DNA from: a virus
Direction: 5' to 3' (one strand)
Length of the DNA: 64,000 nt
IMG/VR virus record: IMGVR_UViG_3300025646_005060
Location: 9,853 to 73,852 of that record
Position numbers and translations under genes: made by a program. This document shows positions 1-10,001 of this stretch, one piece after another; the first letter of the stretch is position 1; every line of letters begins with the position of its first letter. Under the pieces are notes generated by a model. That model was not told where the DNA came from. It was given only the letters and a program-made list of their open reading frames with translations, and ran no database searches.

Positions 1-654
1 TCCAGTTCCATTCTTTATTTCATTATCAAGTCCTATAGAATGTAAAGAAAATTTATCATCTAAATAGTTTTTCAAATCATCCATAAAACATTGCCCATCA
101 TATATTTGATTGATTTTATTTTCAGACAATTGAACTTCCGCAAATATAGAAGAAACGTTATCTAAATTTGTTCCTTTCAGCACTTCAAGTTCTGCTCCTT
201 GAACATCTATACTTAGAAGATCTATATTTTCTTTTATTATATTTTCTAGTTTATCAGATTTTACTTTAATTTTAAATACAGACTTGAAAGAATAACCACT
301 ATTATTATTTTCTATAACTGGATAAATCGAATCAGATCCAGGTGAAGATGTTCTGTAAAAATAAATATCGCCTACGATATTGGATATGGCAATGTTGTGC
401 AGTTCGCATCTTGGATTCGATCCATATTTTTGTTTTATAATGTCAAAAAATTCAGAAACTGGTTCAAAAATATAAATTTTAGCATTTTTATACAATTGCA
501 AATAAATTTCTGCTTCCCAACAATGATATCCACCTACAATTGCTATCACGTTAATATCATCTTTTGATTTGTTGATATATAAATTAAAATTTGATTCGAT
601 ATCTCTTGATATAATATCGTATGCGTTGGATTCGTTGTAAATTATTGTTTTCAT
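1..654 (-). CDS. FkbM-family SAM-dependent methyltransferase (3' end runs off window)
   Basis: Manually translated: MKTIIYNESNAYD...IAIVGGYHCWE...IYIFEPV...LHNIAISN...DLLSIDVQGAELEVLKG. The FEP and IDVQGAE motifs are typical of FkbM. ATG at 654-652 overlaps the stop of the upstream ORF (ATGA). Confidence 0.8.
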   Translation of the reverse strand, partial: MKTIIYNESNAYDIISRDIESNFNLYINKSKDDINVIAIVGGYHCWEAEIYLQLYKNAKIYIFEPVSEFFDIIKQKYGSNPRCELHNIAISNIVGDIYFYRTSSPGSDSIYPVIENNNSGYSFKSVFKIKVKSDKLENIIKENIDLLSIDVQGAELEVLKGTNLDNVSSIFAEVQLSENKINQIYDGQCFMDDLKNYLDDKFSLHSIGLDNEIKNGTG

Positions 655-2186
655 TTTTGAGTCTCAGTTGTATTGGGGTCGAATAGGTAATGATACATTA
701 CTTTGTCTATATTAAAATTGTATTCGGATTTAATAAGTTTAGACTCTAATAATCTATCACAGTAATCTGCATCTTCTGCAAAGTTTTTCTCTGGGAATTT
801 AATTTGCCTAGCAAATTCAGTCCTTACTGGATTTAGATGATTGAGTGGTCTGTGTTGTTTTCCATCTTTCTTAAAATGCCCACCGTTGGCATTTGAATGA
901 TTAAACTCCATAACGGGGTTTCCAGAAACATAATATATTCCCCAAAATCCAACACCATCATATAAATCAGTATCAAGAACATTGAGTATTTCACTTAAAT
1001 ACCATTTTGAAACAATATCATCATCGTCTATAAAGCAAACATATTTTCCTTTTGCTTTATCTAATATTTCATTTCGTTTTGTGCCTACAGATTTTTCTTT
1101 GTTATCTTCGGAAATGACAATTTCTATTCTGTGTGAAAACGTTACAGGACAAGTTTTTTGTAATATGTTTAAAAGATTATTTAATTTTTCTTTTCTCTGT
1201 GGGAGTGTCAATATTCCTATGGTTAATAATATATCTTCTTTATTCATTTTATAATTTCTTTCAGTAGTTATTACTTCTTCTATGCGTCTGAAAAGATCTC
1301 TTCCATATTCTTTTGCTTTTTCATAATTTTTATCAATATATTTTTTCATTTTATCATATGTTTTTTCATTTATAGAATTAACTTTTTCTAAAAAATCTTC
1401 ATATGATTCGAATTGTATGATTCCTCTAATATCAAAAAAATCACCAATATTAGGACATCCCCAGTAAATTGGAACTGTTTTTGTTAATAAACAATCTATT
1501 AATTTTTCTGTAAAATAATTAACTTCAGAACTACTTTCAATTGCAATGCTAAACATTGAATTGTATAAATGAATTTTATCATCATTTGGAAGCAATCCAT
1601 CGTGCAATGTATTTGAAAATTTCCCATCATTTGTGGGGTATCGCGTGCTGCTGTAAAAAACTGTATTGTTTTCTATTAATTCTTTTTTATTCCAAATCAT
1701 ACATCTCAAATTATAACCAGTTTTGCCCAAATGAGAAGTTGTAAGAAATGATATATTATACTGTTTTGTGATATCACTTAATATCGATTCATCAAATACT
1801 CCAAGACTGTCATTATGTCTGGATTTATTTTTATTCAACCACGTTCCACCGTATGGTAAAAATTTAGCATTTGGTAAATTTAATAATACCTCTTCTTCGG
1901 TGCAAATTATTAAATCATATTGATATCCATTAAAAATAATATTTTTATTAGATTCTCTATTATATGATGAACTAGGTTCTGTATTACACACAAAAACTTT
2001 AAAAGAATTTTTATTTTCAAATTCAATAATCTTATCAACAATAGGTCTATGTAAATAATTAGTAACATATTTGTGATCAATGCAGGTTGCAGTGTTCCCA
2101 AATCTGGTGAAATGAATTTCACATGGAAACTCAAATTCCATTGGATCAAATCCAAAATAATCAGCATTATATACAGTTGCTTTCAT
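651..2186 (-). CDS. Two-domain glycosyltransferase: GT10 (fucosyltransferase-like) plus C-terminal GT2
   Basis: FSIAIESS...YFTEKLIDCLLTKTVPIYWG is the GT10 motif. The C-terminus has LTIGILT...KRNEILDKAKGKYVCFIDDDD and EDADY, typical of GT2/GT-A. Confidence 0.8.
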   Translation of the reverse strand: MKATVYNADYFGFDPMEFEFPCEIHFTRFGNTATCIDHKYVTNYLHRPIVDKIIEFENKNSFKVFVCNTEPSSSYNRESNKNIIFNGYQYDLIICTEEEVLLNLPNAKFLPYGGTWLNKNKSRHNDSLGVFDESILSDITKQYNISFLTTSHLGKTGYNLRCMIWNKKELIENNTVFYSSTRYPTNDGKFSNTLHDGLLPNDDKIHLYNSMFSIAIESSSEVNYFTEKLIDCLLTKTVPIYWGCPNIGDFFDIRGIIQFESYEDFLEKVNSINEKTYDKMKKYIDKNYEKAKEYGRDLFRRIEEVITTERNYKMNKEDILLTIGILTLPQRKEKLNNLLNILQKTCPVTFSHRIEIVISEDNKEKSVGTKRNEILDKAKGKYVCFIDDDDIVSKWYLSEILNVLDTDLYDGVGFWGIYYVSGNPVMEFNHSNANGGHFKKDGKQHRPLNHLNPVRTEFARQIKFPEKNFAEDADYCDRLLESKLIKSEYNFNIDKVMYHYLFDPNTTETQK

Positions 2187-2851
2187 TTCTTATTTCCCAC
2201 TAAATTATAATTAACAAGTTCTTCAGTCAGACCCATTTCGCGAAGACTCTTTTCCTTTGACTCTCCATCAGCAACACCAATTGTTATCATTGCCACGGTT
2301 CCATCTGGTGGTAAATTGCCAGGCCATATGGCATAGTTCTGACCAAGCATACCAATACGCATCTTTCCAAGATACTTTGGCATTACATAGTGCATCAAAA
2401 TTTCATGATCAAATACTTTAATTCCTTTTTCGGAATTTTCATGACCTTCGCAAGCATCAACCCATGTTTTCAAGAATTCAATGGCAATTGGTGTGTAGTT
2501 GATATAGATTGGCGATGCCTTCGGTGTGGTGGGTTTCACATGTGGTGGCATTCCATCATAGGCAAATGCCATGTCACATTTATCTTGCAAATCATCAAAT
2601 ACCTTCAACTCGGCATGAATGAGTGAATCTACGTCCAACCAGACGAATGGTTTCTTCTTATGCTCCAATGTCTTGAGAAGAAACTTTGGTTTTGCCAGAC
2701 AATTTAAACGATACTCACCACGCGATTTCATCTTCTTGATGTCGTGGGGTATATTATTCTCATTGCAATTAATACGCAACCGTGCTGCATGATCGCTATA
2801 GTAAGTGCGATTGTCTATGTCGCAATAAAAGGAAACGATTTCAGTCTTCAT
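2183..2851 (-). CDS. Putative nucleotide-diphospho-sugar transferase (GT-A fold, DxD)
   Basis: KPKFL...FVWLDVD (DxD) and later DHEIL. Sits between two GT10 genes. Confidence 0.6.
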   Translation of the reverse strand: MKTEIVSFYCDIDNRTYYSDHAARLRINCNENNIPHDIKKMKSRGEYRLNCLAKPKFLLKTLEHKKKPFVWLDVDSLIHAELKVFDDLQDKCDMAFAYDGMPPHVKPTTPKASPIYINYTPIAIEFLKTWVDACEGHENSEKGIKVFDHEILMHYVMPKYLGKMRIGMLGQNYAIWPGNLPPDGTVAMITIGVADGESKEKSLREMGLTEELVNYNLVGNKK

Positions 2852-3677
2852 AAATTAACCTGTATAATGTGTCGTCTGCGTTCTCTAACCTTTGAACCCT
2901 TTCAAAGTTATCACGAACAGCATCCATTTTAGATTGATAAAGATCTATTGTCAAGTCTTTTGGATTAAATGATGGAGTTAATTCTATAATTCCATCCTTG
3001 TTAAACACATCACCGATGTCTGGTGCTCCCCAGTAAATCGGGATAGTTCCAGTGGCAAAGCAGTCTGTAAGTTTTTCAGTATAGTATGTTTCGTACTTAT
3101 CGTTCTCGACTACAATCTGAAAACGATAGTCGTTCAGTGCCTCTTCCTTATCCCATGTGGTCTTGCCAATACGATTAGACCCATGAGCACCACCGAAGAG
3201 GTCTAAGGAGTCTCTGTAGATACGAGCAACGTTATGCCTTAGATTGTGACCAAAGACAAAGGTCTTGGGCGATGCGACCATTGAAAGAGATCTTGTCTTG
3301 AAGAAGATCTGCTGATTCTTCGTCCATGGAAGATTTGATCCTGCTGGGCAATATCTTACATTTGGGTGCTTGCCCACCCACGATTTCTCAGATGTAAAGA
3401 GCAGATCGTATGAGTCGCAAATATTGTTGAATTGACTTTCCCACACATCCCGTGGACATGACATGACATGAAAAATAGCACGGGATTCGCATACCCATGC
3501 TATTTTCTTTTCTCCAGGTTTCTTATCATAAGGTATACCCGAAAGTATACCACGATCAATGAAAACCTTTACTGGACAATCATCTGTCGTCCATTCAAAT
3601 GTTTTTGGTTTTAAATCAGAGCAAGAGGAGTGCTGTATATCAAAGGGAGCACCAATCGCTTGGAATTTTGGTAACAT
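2841..3677 (-). CDS. GT10-family glycosyltransferase
   Basis: YRFQIVVEN...YYTEKLTDCFATGTIPIYWG motif. SD GGAG upstream. Confidence 0.8.
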   Translation of the reverse strand: MLPKFQAIGAPFDIQHSSCSDLKPKTFEWTTDDCPVKVFIDRGILSGIPYDKKPGEKKIAWVCESRAIFHVMSCPRDVWESQFNNICDSYDLLFTSEKSWVGKHPNVRYCPAGSNLPWTKNQQIFFKTRSLSMVASPKTFVFGHNLRHNVARIYRDSLDLFGGAHGSNRIGKTTWDKEEALNDYRFQIVVENDKYETYYTEKLTDCFATGTIPIYWGAPDIGDVFNKDGIIELTPSFNPKDLTIDLYQSKMDAVRDNFERVQRLENADDTLYRLIYED

Positions 3678-3702
3678 AGTATAGAATCTCCATTACTATG
3701 TA

Positions 3703-4098
3703 TCACTTTCCAATGTGGTACTTTGGAATCAATTGCCAATTCTTTTTGTCTTTGTGAGGAATGATTTTTAGTCTGGCAAGCGACAATTGAGGAGAAGCAT
3801 ATGACTGCGAATCTACTGCTTCAACGAGTCCCCATTCGATGAGAAGTTTGACGATGGTGTTTCTTCTGCCGATGTCGTCGTCAGACATATCCGAATCCAA
3901 CCCATCAAGAATAAACATTTCCTTAAAATGTACGATAGCATAACGACCTCTCTTGTGAAGAATATGACACGATTGATACAGTTTATTTTCAGTCTTTGAT
4001 GATACCCCAATTCGGGTTAACGTTTCTTTGACTTTCAAGAAGTCTTCTTCTTTGTTTAGGCGGACTTCTACACCTACACCTTCAAAAATATCTTCCAT
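3703..4098 (-). CDS. regA: Translational repressor RegA
   Basis: DFLKVKETLTRIGVSS...LYQSCHILHKRGRYAIVHFKE...RRNTIVKLLIEWGL...W.LIPKY.IGK signature. Confidence 0.97.
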   Translation of the reverse strand: MEDIFEGVGVEVRLNKEEDFLKVKETLTRIGVSSKTENKLYQSCHILHKRGRYAIVHFKEMFILDGLDSDMSDDDIGRRNTIVKLLIEWGLVEAVDSQSYASPQLSLARLKIIPHKDKKNWQLIPKYHIGK

Positions 4099-4121
4099 AA
4101 TATCTCCATTATTACGAAAGA

Positions 4122-4129
4122 TATTTATA
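4122..4129 (-). promoter_or_regulatory. T4-type late promoter TATAAATA upstream of regA
   Basis: Exact TATAAATA on the minus strand ~24 nt before the ATG. gp55 and gp33 are encoded in the window. Confidence 0.7.
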
Positions 4130-4132
4130 TTT

Positions 4133-4504
4133 TTAACGTTTTTGACCCCCTCTTTGGGTCATCTGGCGCAGGGTTTCCATAGGAACCAAATCCAATACCT
4201 CTCTTGCGCGTGTGTCTGAATACCCATAGACCTCCTTGATAACCTCTATGTCGGCATTCTCTTCAGATTTAATCCACTTGGAGAATCTCTTTCGCTTGGA
4301 GATGGATTCCCGCAGGTAATCATACTGCATCTTCTTGTCCAGAAACGACACCTCATTCATACGGTTGGCATAAAAGATTGTGTCTGGAAAGTAAGAAAAG
4401 CACTTATTAACTACAAAAGGAACATAATCCTTCTCTAGACGGGGGTCTTTGAGAAGATCTTCCTTGGTCTGATTGATGGAATTAAGTATATCCGAAAGGT
4501 TCAT
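4133..4504 (-). CDS. gp62: Clamp loader small subunit (gp62); start likely at MNLSDILN (4504)
   Basis: LNSINQTK...YVPFVVNKCFSYFPDTIFYANRMN...MQYDY...KRKRFSKW; synteny gp44-gp62-regA. Confidence 0.93.
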   Translation of the reverse strand: MNLSDILNSINQTKEDLLKDPRLEKDYVPFVVNKCFSYFPDTIFYANRMNEVSFLDKKMQYDYLRESISKRKRFSKWIKSEENADIEVIKEVYGYSDTRAREVLDLVPMETLRQMTQRGGQKR

Positions 4505-5445
4505 GAGAATGCACAAGACATCATTAGTTGCACCAGACATGCCACCAGATTGATCTCCTGGTCAGCAACGAACGCCGACTTGTACTGGTAGTCAGCGAGG
4601 ATTAGGATTGCCTCTGGAATGCTCTGCTTCTCCAGATGGTCTGTAAGGGCATCGTAGATTTTACGGTAGATCTCCTGTGGAGATGTCTCTGCATTGATTG
4701 CTGCCCACCGACGAACTGAAGCAAAATCCTTACTGGACAATGCCTTCATCAGACTGTTGATCTCAGCATCCTGAACGGATGAAAGGATACCAATGTCAAT
4801 CTTACCCGACACCGAATACCTCTGAAGTTCATTCAGAATACGACGCATGTCGGGAAAGTGCTTCATGATCAATTGACCAAGCACCTTCTTGTCAAATGTG
4901 ATACCTTCCTTACCCAGAATATAGGAACATCGCTCCATCATCTGAGCAGCAATCTTCGGTTTCTCAGAATTTGGAAGCGAGAAGTCAATACAAGTGCATC
5001 GCGAATGAATCGGTTCAATGATACGAGACTTGTAATTGCATGTTAGAACAAATCTACAGTTGTTTGAGAACTCCTCAATCGCACCACGAAGGGCGGGTTG
5101 AATGCTGTTGGCATTTGAGTAGTCAAACTCGTCTAGGATGACTACCTTCTTCACATCACCCGTCAGAGATACAGTACTGGCAAACTGACGAATCTTGGTT
5201 CGCAGTGTGTCAATGTTTCCTTCCTCTGAGCAGTTGATGATAATCCAATCACAACCCATCTCATTACAGAGTGCCTTGGCAACGGTAGTCTTGCCCACTC
5301 CCGCAGATCCAGAGAATAGAAGGTTTTGTGGTTCTCCCTTAGCAACCATGTCGCTGAAGGTTGACTTCAGCGACACGGGGAGAACACACTCTTCTATGGT
5401 CTGGGGACGATACTTCTCTACCCACAGAAAATTTTCAGGTTTCAT
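4501..5445 (-). CDS. gp44: Clamp loader large subunit (gp44), AAA+ ATPase
   Basis: LWVEKYRP, Walker A GSAGVGKTT, ILDEFD, SRC motif. Confidence 0.97.
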   Translation of the reverse strand: MKPENFLWVEKYRPQTIEECVLPVSLKSTFSDMVAKGEPQNLLFSGSAGVGKTTVAKALCNEMGCDWIIINCSEEGNIDTLRTKIRQFASTVSLTGDVKKVVILDEFDYSNANSIQPALRGAIEEFSNNCRFVLTCNYKSRIIEPIHSRCTCIDFSLPNSEKPKIAAQMMERCSYILGKEGITFDKKVLGQLIMKHFPDMRRILNELQRYSVSGKIDIGILSSVQDAEINSLMKALSSKDFASVRRWAAINAETSPQEIYRKIYDALTDHLEKQSIPEAILILADYQYKSAFVADQEINLVACLVQLMMSCAFS

Positions 5446-6141
5446 TTAACCCCCATAGGTTGAAGTGTTTGCTTCCATGGCAAACCAGTACTTCAGTGAG
5501 ATTGACTTATGAACAAACTCACCGACGATGTTCTTTGCAAAGTTGACTGTGTAATCTCCAGGAAGGATCTTGATGTTGTCCATCTTGAAGTTGAATTCAA
5601 ACGGGGGTGCTTCTTCCGCATCACCAACAACGACCTTGTAACTATTCGTAGTTGGATCTGACAGATCAGAAACCTTGGCAAAGATCTTGCCATTTCGTTC
5701 GCGAACAAACGAAAGGTCTGGAAGTTGCATGACAGATGCTGCCTTCTGGAGTTCAGAGAACTGCTTTTCGGTAAGAGTAATACTCACCGAAATCTCTGGC
5801 ATGATGACATCCTTGGTTGGGAACGACAGCAACTTTGGTTCTGAGTAAAAGTAGTTGACTACAGAATCTCCACCGTTCTTAATGCGGACACTCTTCTCAC
5901 CGAAATCAAAAGTCGGATTATTGAAAAGACTGACTACACCAAGAAACTTGTTAAGATCCCAGATGCCAAATTCAACATCAAATGTTTCATCCACGGTTGC
6001 GACTGCCATTCCTGCCTTTGAAGGCGTAATGGTCTTAATTACATTACCAGGATTGACCAAAAGATTTGAATTTAGGTTTGAAAAGTTTTTTAGGATTGCT
6101 AGGGTATTCTTTGAAAAGGTCACTTGACTCATAATATTCAC
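5446..6141 (-). CDS. gp45: DNA polymerase sliding clamp (gp45); start may be the ATG at 6132
   Basis: TLAILKNFSNLNSNL...FGIWDLNKFL...ILPGDY; synteny with gp44. Confidence 0.95.
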   Translation of the reverse strand: MNIMSQVTFSKNTLAILKNFSNLNSNLLVNPGNVIKTITPSKAGMAVATVDETFDVEFGIWDLNKFLGVVSLFNNPTFDFGEKSVRIKNGGDSVVNYFYSEPKLLSFPTKDVIMPEISVSITLTEKQFSELQKAASVMQLPDLSFVRERNGKIFAKVSDLSDPTTNSYKVVVGDAEEAPPFEFNFKMDNIKILPGDYTVNFAKNIVGEFVHKSISLKYWFAMEANTSTYGG

Positions 6142-6308
6142 CTCATGAATTCATCTTCAAAATCGTCATTCTCAAAACCACTTTGCCAATATTCCTTAAG
6201 TTGGTGCTTGGACTTTACTCTTTCTGAATTTTTCTCCTTCTTGGAGACTGACTTTAAATTCTTTTGTGGTTTTGGTTTCTCGTACTTATGCTTGTCATCG
6301 TTTCTCAT
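6138..6308 (-). CDS. Small hypothetical protein (56 aa, basic N-terminus, acidic C-terminus); not in ORF track
   Basis: Manually read: MRNDDKHKYEKPKPQKNLKSVSKKEKNSERVKSKHQLKEYWQSGFENDDFEDEFMR*. Fills the gap, GGAG upstream, promoter directly in front. Confidence 0.65.
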   Translation of the reverse strand: MRNDDKHKYEKPKPQKNLKSVSKKEKNSERVKSKHQLKEYWQSGFENDDFEDEFMR

Positions 6309-6317
6309 GTTTGCTCC

Positions 6318-6346
6318 ATTGTACCATACTAAAAGTTACAGTTCAA
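6318..6346 (-). promoter_or_regulatory. Sigma70-type early promoter TTGAAC-N17-TACAAT (TGG before -10)
   Basis: Read directly; same architecture as the other early promoters in the window. Confidence 0.6.
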
Positions 6347-6656
6347 CCCAAAAACTATTATTCCCTTCTTTTACAAAAGTATATTCTGCACCGTCTGTGG
6401 GTTTATACCAACGATCTCCAATATCTGTATTTACAGGGGTACGCTCTTGAATATAATACGCACTGTCGCCACCTAAAGAGCGCCAGTAATTATTACCCTC
6501 AATTGTTCCTGGAATTTTATTCTGGGTAGGTTTTATGGCAACATATTTTTCGCCATTATACTCTACGGTATCCCCTATTCTATAAAGAAATGGATTTCCG
6601 TCAACATCATACTGACGATACTTGCCACGAAAATTTACTTTATCAGAAGCATTCAT
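6336..6656 (-). CDS. Hypothetical protein with CBM5/12 (chitin-binding-like) motif
   Basis: YRIGDTVEYNGEKYVA...PG...YW resembles the CBM5/12 pattern; followed by GDRWY. Confidence 0.5.
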   Translation of the reverse strand: MNASDKVNFRGKYRQYDVDGNPFLYRIGDTVEYNGEKYVAIKPTQNKIPGTIEGNNYWRSLGGDSAYYIQERTPVNTDIGDRWYKPTDGAEYTFVKEGNNSFWVEL

Positions 6657-6657
6657 A

Positions 6658-8382
6658 TCAGTTATTTATCATCTTACTGAAATTATTCTTCTTCTCAAAA
6701 TACACAACATTTGAAAATTTATCAACTAATTGATCAGACTTGTGACTGATGACATACACATTGGCATTATTACTGACCATCTTAAGAAGTTTCATCAGTT
6801 CATCCATACCAACACCATCAAGAGACGAATCAAAAACCTCATCTAATATTAGAAGATTACAACTAATACTGTTCTTAAGTCTGGCAATCTCTCTCCATGC
6901 GAGTACTAGTGCCAGATCTATACGCATCTTTTCGCCTTCGCTGAAGTTCATATAACTGAATTCATCGCGATATCTTGACTTGATCTGCTCATTGAATTCT
7001 TCATCTAGATTGAATTGAACAAAGAAATCCATAGCAGAAAGGAACTTGTTGATGTGCTTATTCATATGTGGAAGATAATACTTGATAATCTTGGTCTTAA
7101 CTCCACCATCCTTCAAGAGTTCCGATGCCAACTCATGATACATGATTTCACTTGAAATTTCAGATCTCTCGTCTTCCAACTTCTCAAGTCCACCTTCAAG
7201 GTGTGAGAGTTTATCTTTTTCGGAAGAAATGTCACCAACCAGAGAAGAAGTATTGATTGTTTTTCTTATTCTTTCAATCTCTCTTTGATATGCTTCTGCT
7301 TCGTTTCGCTTGACATTTGCCTCTTGAATATTCTTCCTCAGATGTTCAAGGTTGGTTTCAATATCCCGAATGATATTCTCTACCTCTTCGATGTGCTCAT
7401 TTGCGAAATCGATTCCAGAGTTCATATCGGATATCTCAATGTTTGTAGAGATGATCTTGTTCTTTTTCATCTCCTCTGAAATTGACTGTGAGCATGTAGG
7501 ACAAACTTGATTCTCTCGAAAGAACTTGATGTCTTTTTCCTTTTGTTCTTTTTTGACTTCAAGTTCTGCTTTCTTTCTGTTGTATTCTTTAATCTTGTTT
7601 TTCTTTTCAAGAATATGATTTACAGCAGACTCAAAATTATTCTCATCAATAGATGCTCCCTTTACTACGAGTTCGTGTTCAATGCTTTTTATCTTTTCTT
7701 CAAGTTCTTGAATTCTTGCTTCCTTCTCGGAATTGTCTTCATTGTTCTTTCTTTCAAGATTTTCAATATAACTCTTTTGAACTCCGATCTTTGACTTTTC
7801 AATTTCAAGTTTTGTATTAATATCTTTGTATGTTTCCTTGAAAGAAAGAATCTTTCCCTTAAGAACAACATTCATCGTACTAAAAATATTAATATCAAGA
7901 ATATTTTCAATCACTGATCTGCGGTCAGCAGCACTCAGTTGCATGAATGGAACAAAGGACGAACTTCCAAGTATCACGACTTGCGTGAATGTCTTGTAGT
8001 TCATCTTCAATATTTGATCTTCTAGAACTTGCTGATAATCAAGACTCTTTGCATCTTGGTTGACCAAGTCACCATTTCTATAAATCTCAAAAATTCTTGG
8101 TCCCTGTCCTCTGCGAACCAAGAATTTGTCAGATCCGCGACGAAACTCAATCTCTACAAGGCAACCCTTTTCGTTGATTGAATTGACTAACTGGGGAATG
8201 TTGATCTTACGAAAAGGTTTGCCAAATAGAGCATATGTGATTGAATCAAGAAAAGCAAAAGACTTACCAGATCCATTGTTTCCATGAATCAGAGTAGTGT
8301 TGTTCTTATCCAACACGATCTCTGTCATGTTCTTTCCAAACGAACCAAAGTTTTTAAATCTAACTTTTTCAAAGTAAATCAT
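6658..8382 (-). CDS. gp46: Recombination endonuclease ATPase subunit (gp46, Rad50/SbcC-like)
   Basis: Walker A GNNGSGKS, Zn-hook CPTC, signature FSEGEKMRIDLAL, LILDEVFDSSLD, ISHK. Confidence 0.97.
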   Translation of the reverse strand: MIYFEKVRFKNFGSFGKNMTEIVLDKNNTTLIHGNNGSGKSFAFLDSITYALFGKPFRKINIPQLVNSINEKGCLVEIEFRRGSDKFLVRRGQGPRIFEIYRNGDLVNQDAKSLDYQQVLEDQILKMNYKTFTQVVILGSSSFVPFMQLSAADRRSVIENILDINIFSTMNVVLKGKILSFKETYKDINTKLEIEKSKIGVQKSYIENLERKNNEDNSEKEARIQELEEKIKSIEHELVVKGASIDENNFESAVNHILEKKNKIKEYNRKKAELEVKKEQKEKDIKFFRENQVCPTCSQSISEEMKKNKIISTNIEISDMNSGIDFANEHIEEVENIIRDIETNLEHLRKNIQEANVKRNEAEAYQREIERIRKTINTSSLVGDISSEKDKLSHLEGGLEKLEDERSEISSEIMYHELASELLKDGGVKTKIIKYYLPHMNKHINKFLSAMDFFVQFNLDEEFNEQIKSRYRDEFSYMNFSEGEKMRIDLALVLAWREIARLKNSISCNLLILDEVFDSSLDGVGMDELMKLLKMVSNNANVYVISHKSDQLVDKFSNVVYFEKKNNFSKMINN

Positions 8383-9437
8383 ATTTTAAGACTTTCCATA
8401 TACAAATCACGAATGATTGTCTTGAGTTTTACTTTATCAATATCTCTTTCAATTCCGTCTATTTCGCGAGAAATAATACTCATTGTATCTTCTGTTTCTT
8501 CAAAGTCAACACCTTCGGACTTCTCAAGTTGTTCTTCAATTACTGCCAGACTTTGAATTCCTTTTTCCCAAAGAGCATCAATAAACTTGTCAAAAATCTT
8601 TTGCTTTGTTTTCTTTCTTACGATTAGACGAATAAAGCAGTTCTTTAGTTTTGTTTCAGAGACAAATTCTCCCATATTCTTGAGATCTTCTTTGGTAGAG
8701 TCGTCGTAAACGAAAGCATAAAACATATTGTTTGCGTTTTCAACATAGAGCATTTCGTCCATTTCAGTGTCATATATGTGAAATCCTTTCTTAACATTCA
8801 CGTCTGAAAAATTCAACTGATACTGTGTCCCAAGGTAATGAATATTTCCTTCACTCTGTCTGATGTGAAAATGTCCAGAAAGAACACGATCAAATCTCTT
8901 GAATTCGGAAACATTAAATCCACCATGATGCTTGACACCAGGAATTACCTGAAATCCTACAATCTCAAAATGCCCACCGATCATTCTGCATGGACATGAG
9001 CGAAGATAGTCTACAACCTCCTGCTCGTTTTCCTTGACTACCCAAGGTATGATTCCAAAACAAAAATCACCAAACTTCAAAGAAGTCGGTTTCTCGTATA
9101 TGCTGATTGTAGGATAACTATCGGAAATCAATTCATTCAATGAATTTAAATCATTTGAATTGCGATAATAAGTATCATGATTTCCGATAGTTATGTGAAG
9201 ATTGATCTTCTTTTCCTTGAACACGTTGAGTATTCTTTTTCTTACTTGTGAAAGAGTATTGAAGTTTACATACTTTCTACGATCAAAAAAATCACCCAAG
9301 TGTACAACTTCGGTGATTTTATTCTCTTCTAAGTATGGAAAGAATTGTTGCTCAAAGAATTCAATTGCGTTTTCCAGGAAAAACGGTGAATCATTACGAA
9401 CCCCGAAATGGGTATCACATAAAAATGCTATTTTCAC
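8379..9437 (-). CDS. gp47: Recombination endonuclease nuclease subunit (gp47, Mre11/SbcD-like)
   Basis: DTHFG, HLGDFFDRRK, GNHD and SGHFH metallophosphoesterase motifs. Confidence 0.97.
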   Translation of the reverse strand: MKIAFLCDTHFGVRNDSPFFLENAIEFFEQQFFPYLEENKITEVVHLGDFFDRRKYVNFNTLSQVRKRILNVFKEKKINLHITIGNHDTYYRNSNDLNSLNELISDSYPTISIYEKPTSLKFGDFCFGIIPWVVKENEQEVVDYLRSCPCRMIGGHFEIVGFQVIPGVKHHGGFNVSEFKRFDRVLSGHFHIRQSEGNIHYLGTQYQLNFSDVNVKKGFHIYDTEMDEMLYVENANNMFYAFVYDDSTKEDLKNMGEFVSETKLKNCFIRLIVRKKTKQKIFDKFIDALWEKGIQSLAVIEEQLEKSEGVDFEETEDTMSIISREIDGIERDIDKVKLKTIIRDLYMESLKI

Positions 9438-9994
9438 TTTTTCTTCCTTCTTCGTTTTCTTTTCTTCTTTTCCTTTGGTTCCATCTTCTCAAGATCGCTT
9501 TCTGTTAGAGAAAATGTTTTCTGAATAAATTCAGAGTAACTACCATCTGTATTTTTCTTCAACCAGTTTGTAAATTTGCCATCCATATCTGCCATCTGTA
9601 GACACTTATATTTTATAAATGCCTGTTTCTTTTCTTTTTCAATTCGTCGCAGAAAGGCATAATATATGATCTGCGTAAAATACGAAAACGGATTACTTGA
9701 TTTTGCAGGATCAAAATTATGAGCATAAAGAAGACAATTTTCTACACCGTCTCCAATCATATCCTCCCTAAAGGGATAGTTGATAAAGTTGGGACGATGT
9801 GAAAGATGTTCGGCAATCTTTAAAAAACTCTCAGCAATGTAATTTGTCACTGGTGGTCGTTTTTCACCGACTGCTTCTGCCTTATTGACCTTCTTTTTCC
9901 ATTCGGTCATTGACTTGCAAAACTTTTCATTATCAATGTAATGTCTTAAAGTCTTGACTTCGTCTTCAATTTCTTTTTCGTCGTTTTCATTCAT
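9434..9994 (-). CDS. gp55: Late transcription sigma factor (gp55); probable start MNENDEK at 9994
   Basis: HYIDNEKF...YIAESFLKIAEHLSHRPNFINY..REDMIGDGVENCL..NFDP.KSSNPFSYFTQIIYYAFLRRIEKEKKQ. Confidence 0.96.
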   Translation of the reverse strand: MNENDEKEIEDEVKTLRHYIDNEKFCKSMTEWKKKVNKAEAVGEKRPPVTNYIAESFLKIAEHLSHRPNFINYPFREDMIGDGVENCLLYAHNFDPAKSSNPFSYFTQIIYYAFLRRIEKEKKQAFIKYKCLQMADMDGKFTNWLKKNTDGSYSEFIQKTFSLTESDLEKMEPKEKKKRKRRRKKK

Positions 9995-10001
9995 AGGACA
10001 C

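Noticed and set aside
6124-6529. Plus-strand ORFs 6124-6450 and 6266-6529
   Set aside because: They are antisense to better-supported minus-strand genes that have their own promoter and RBS.
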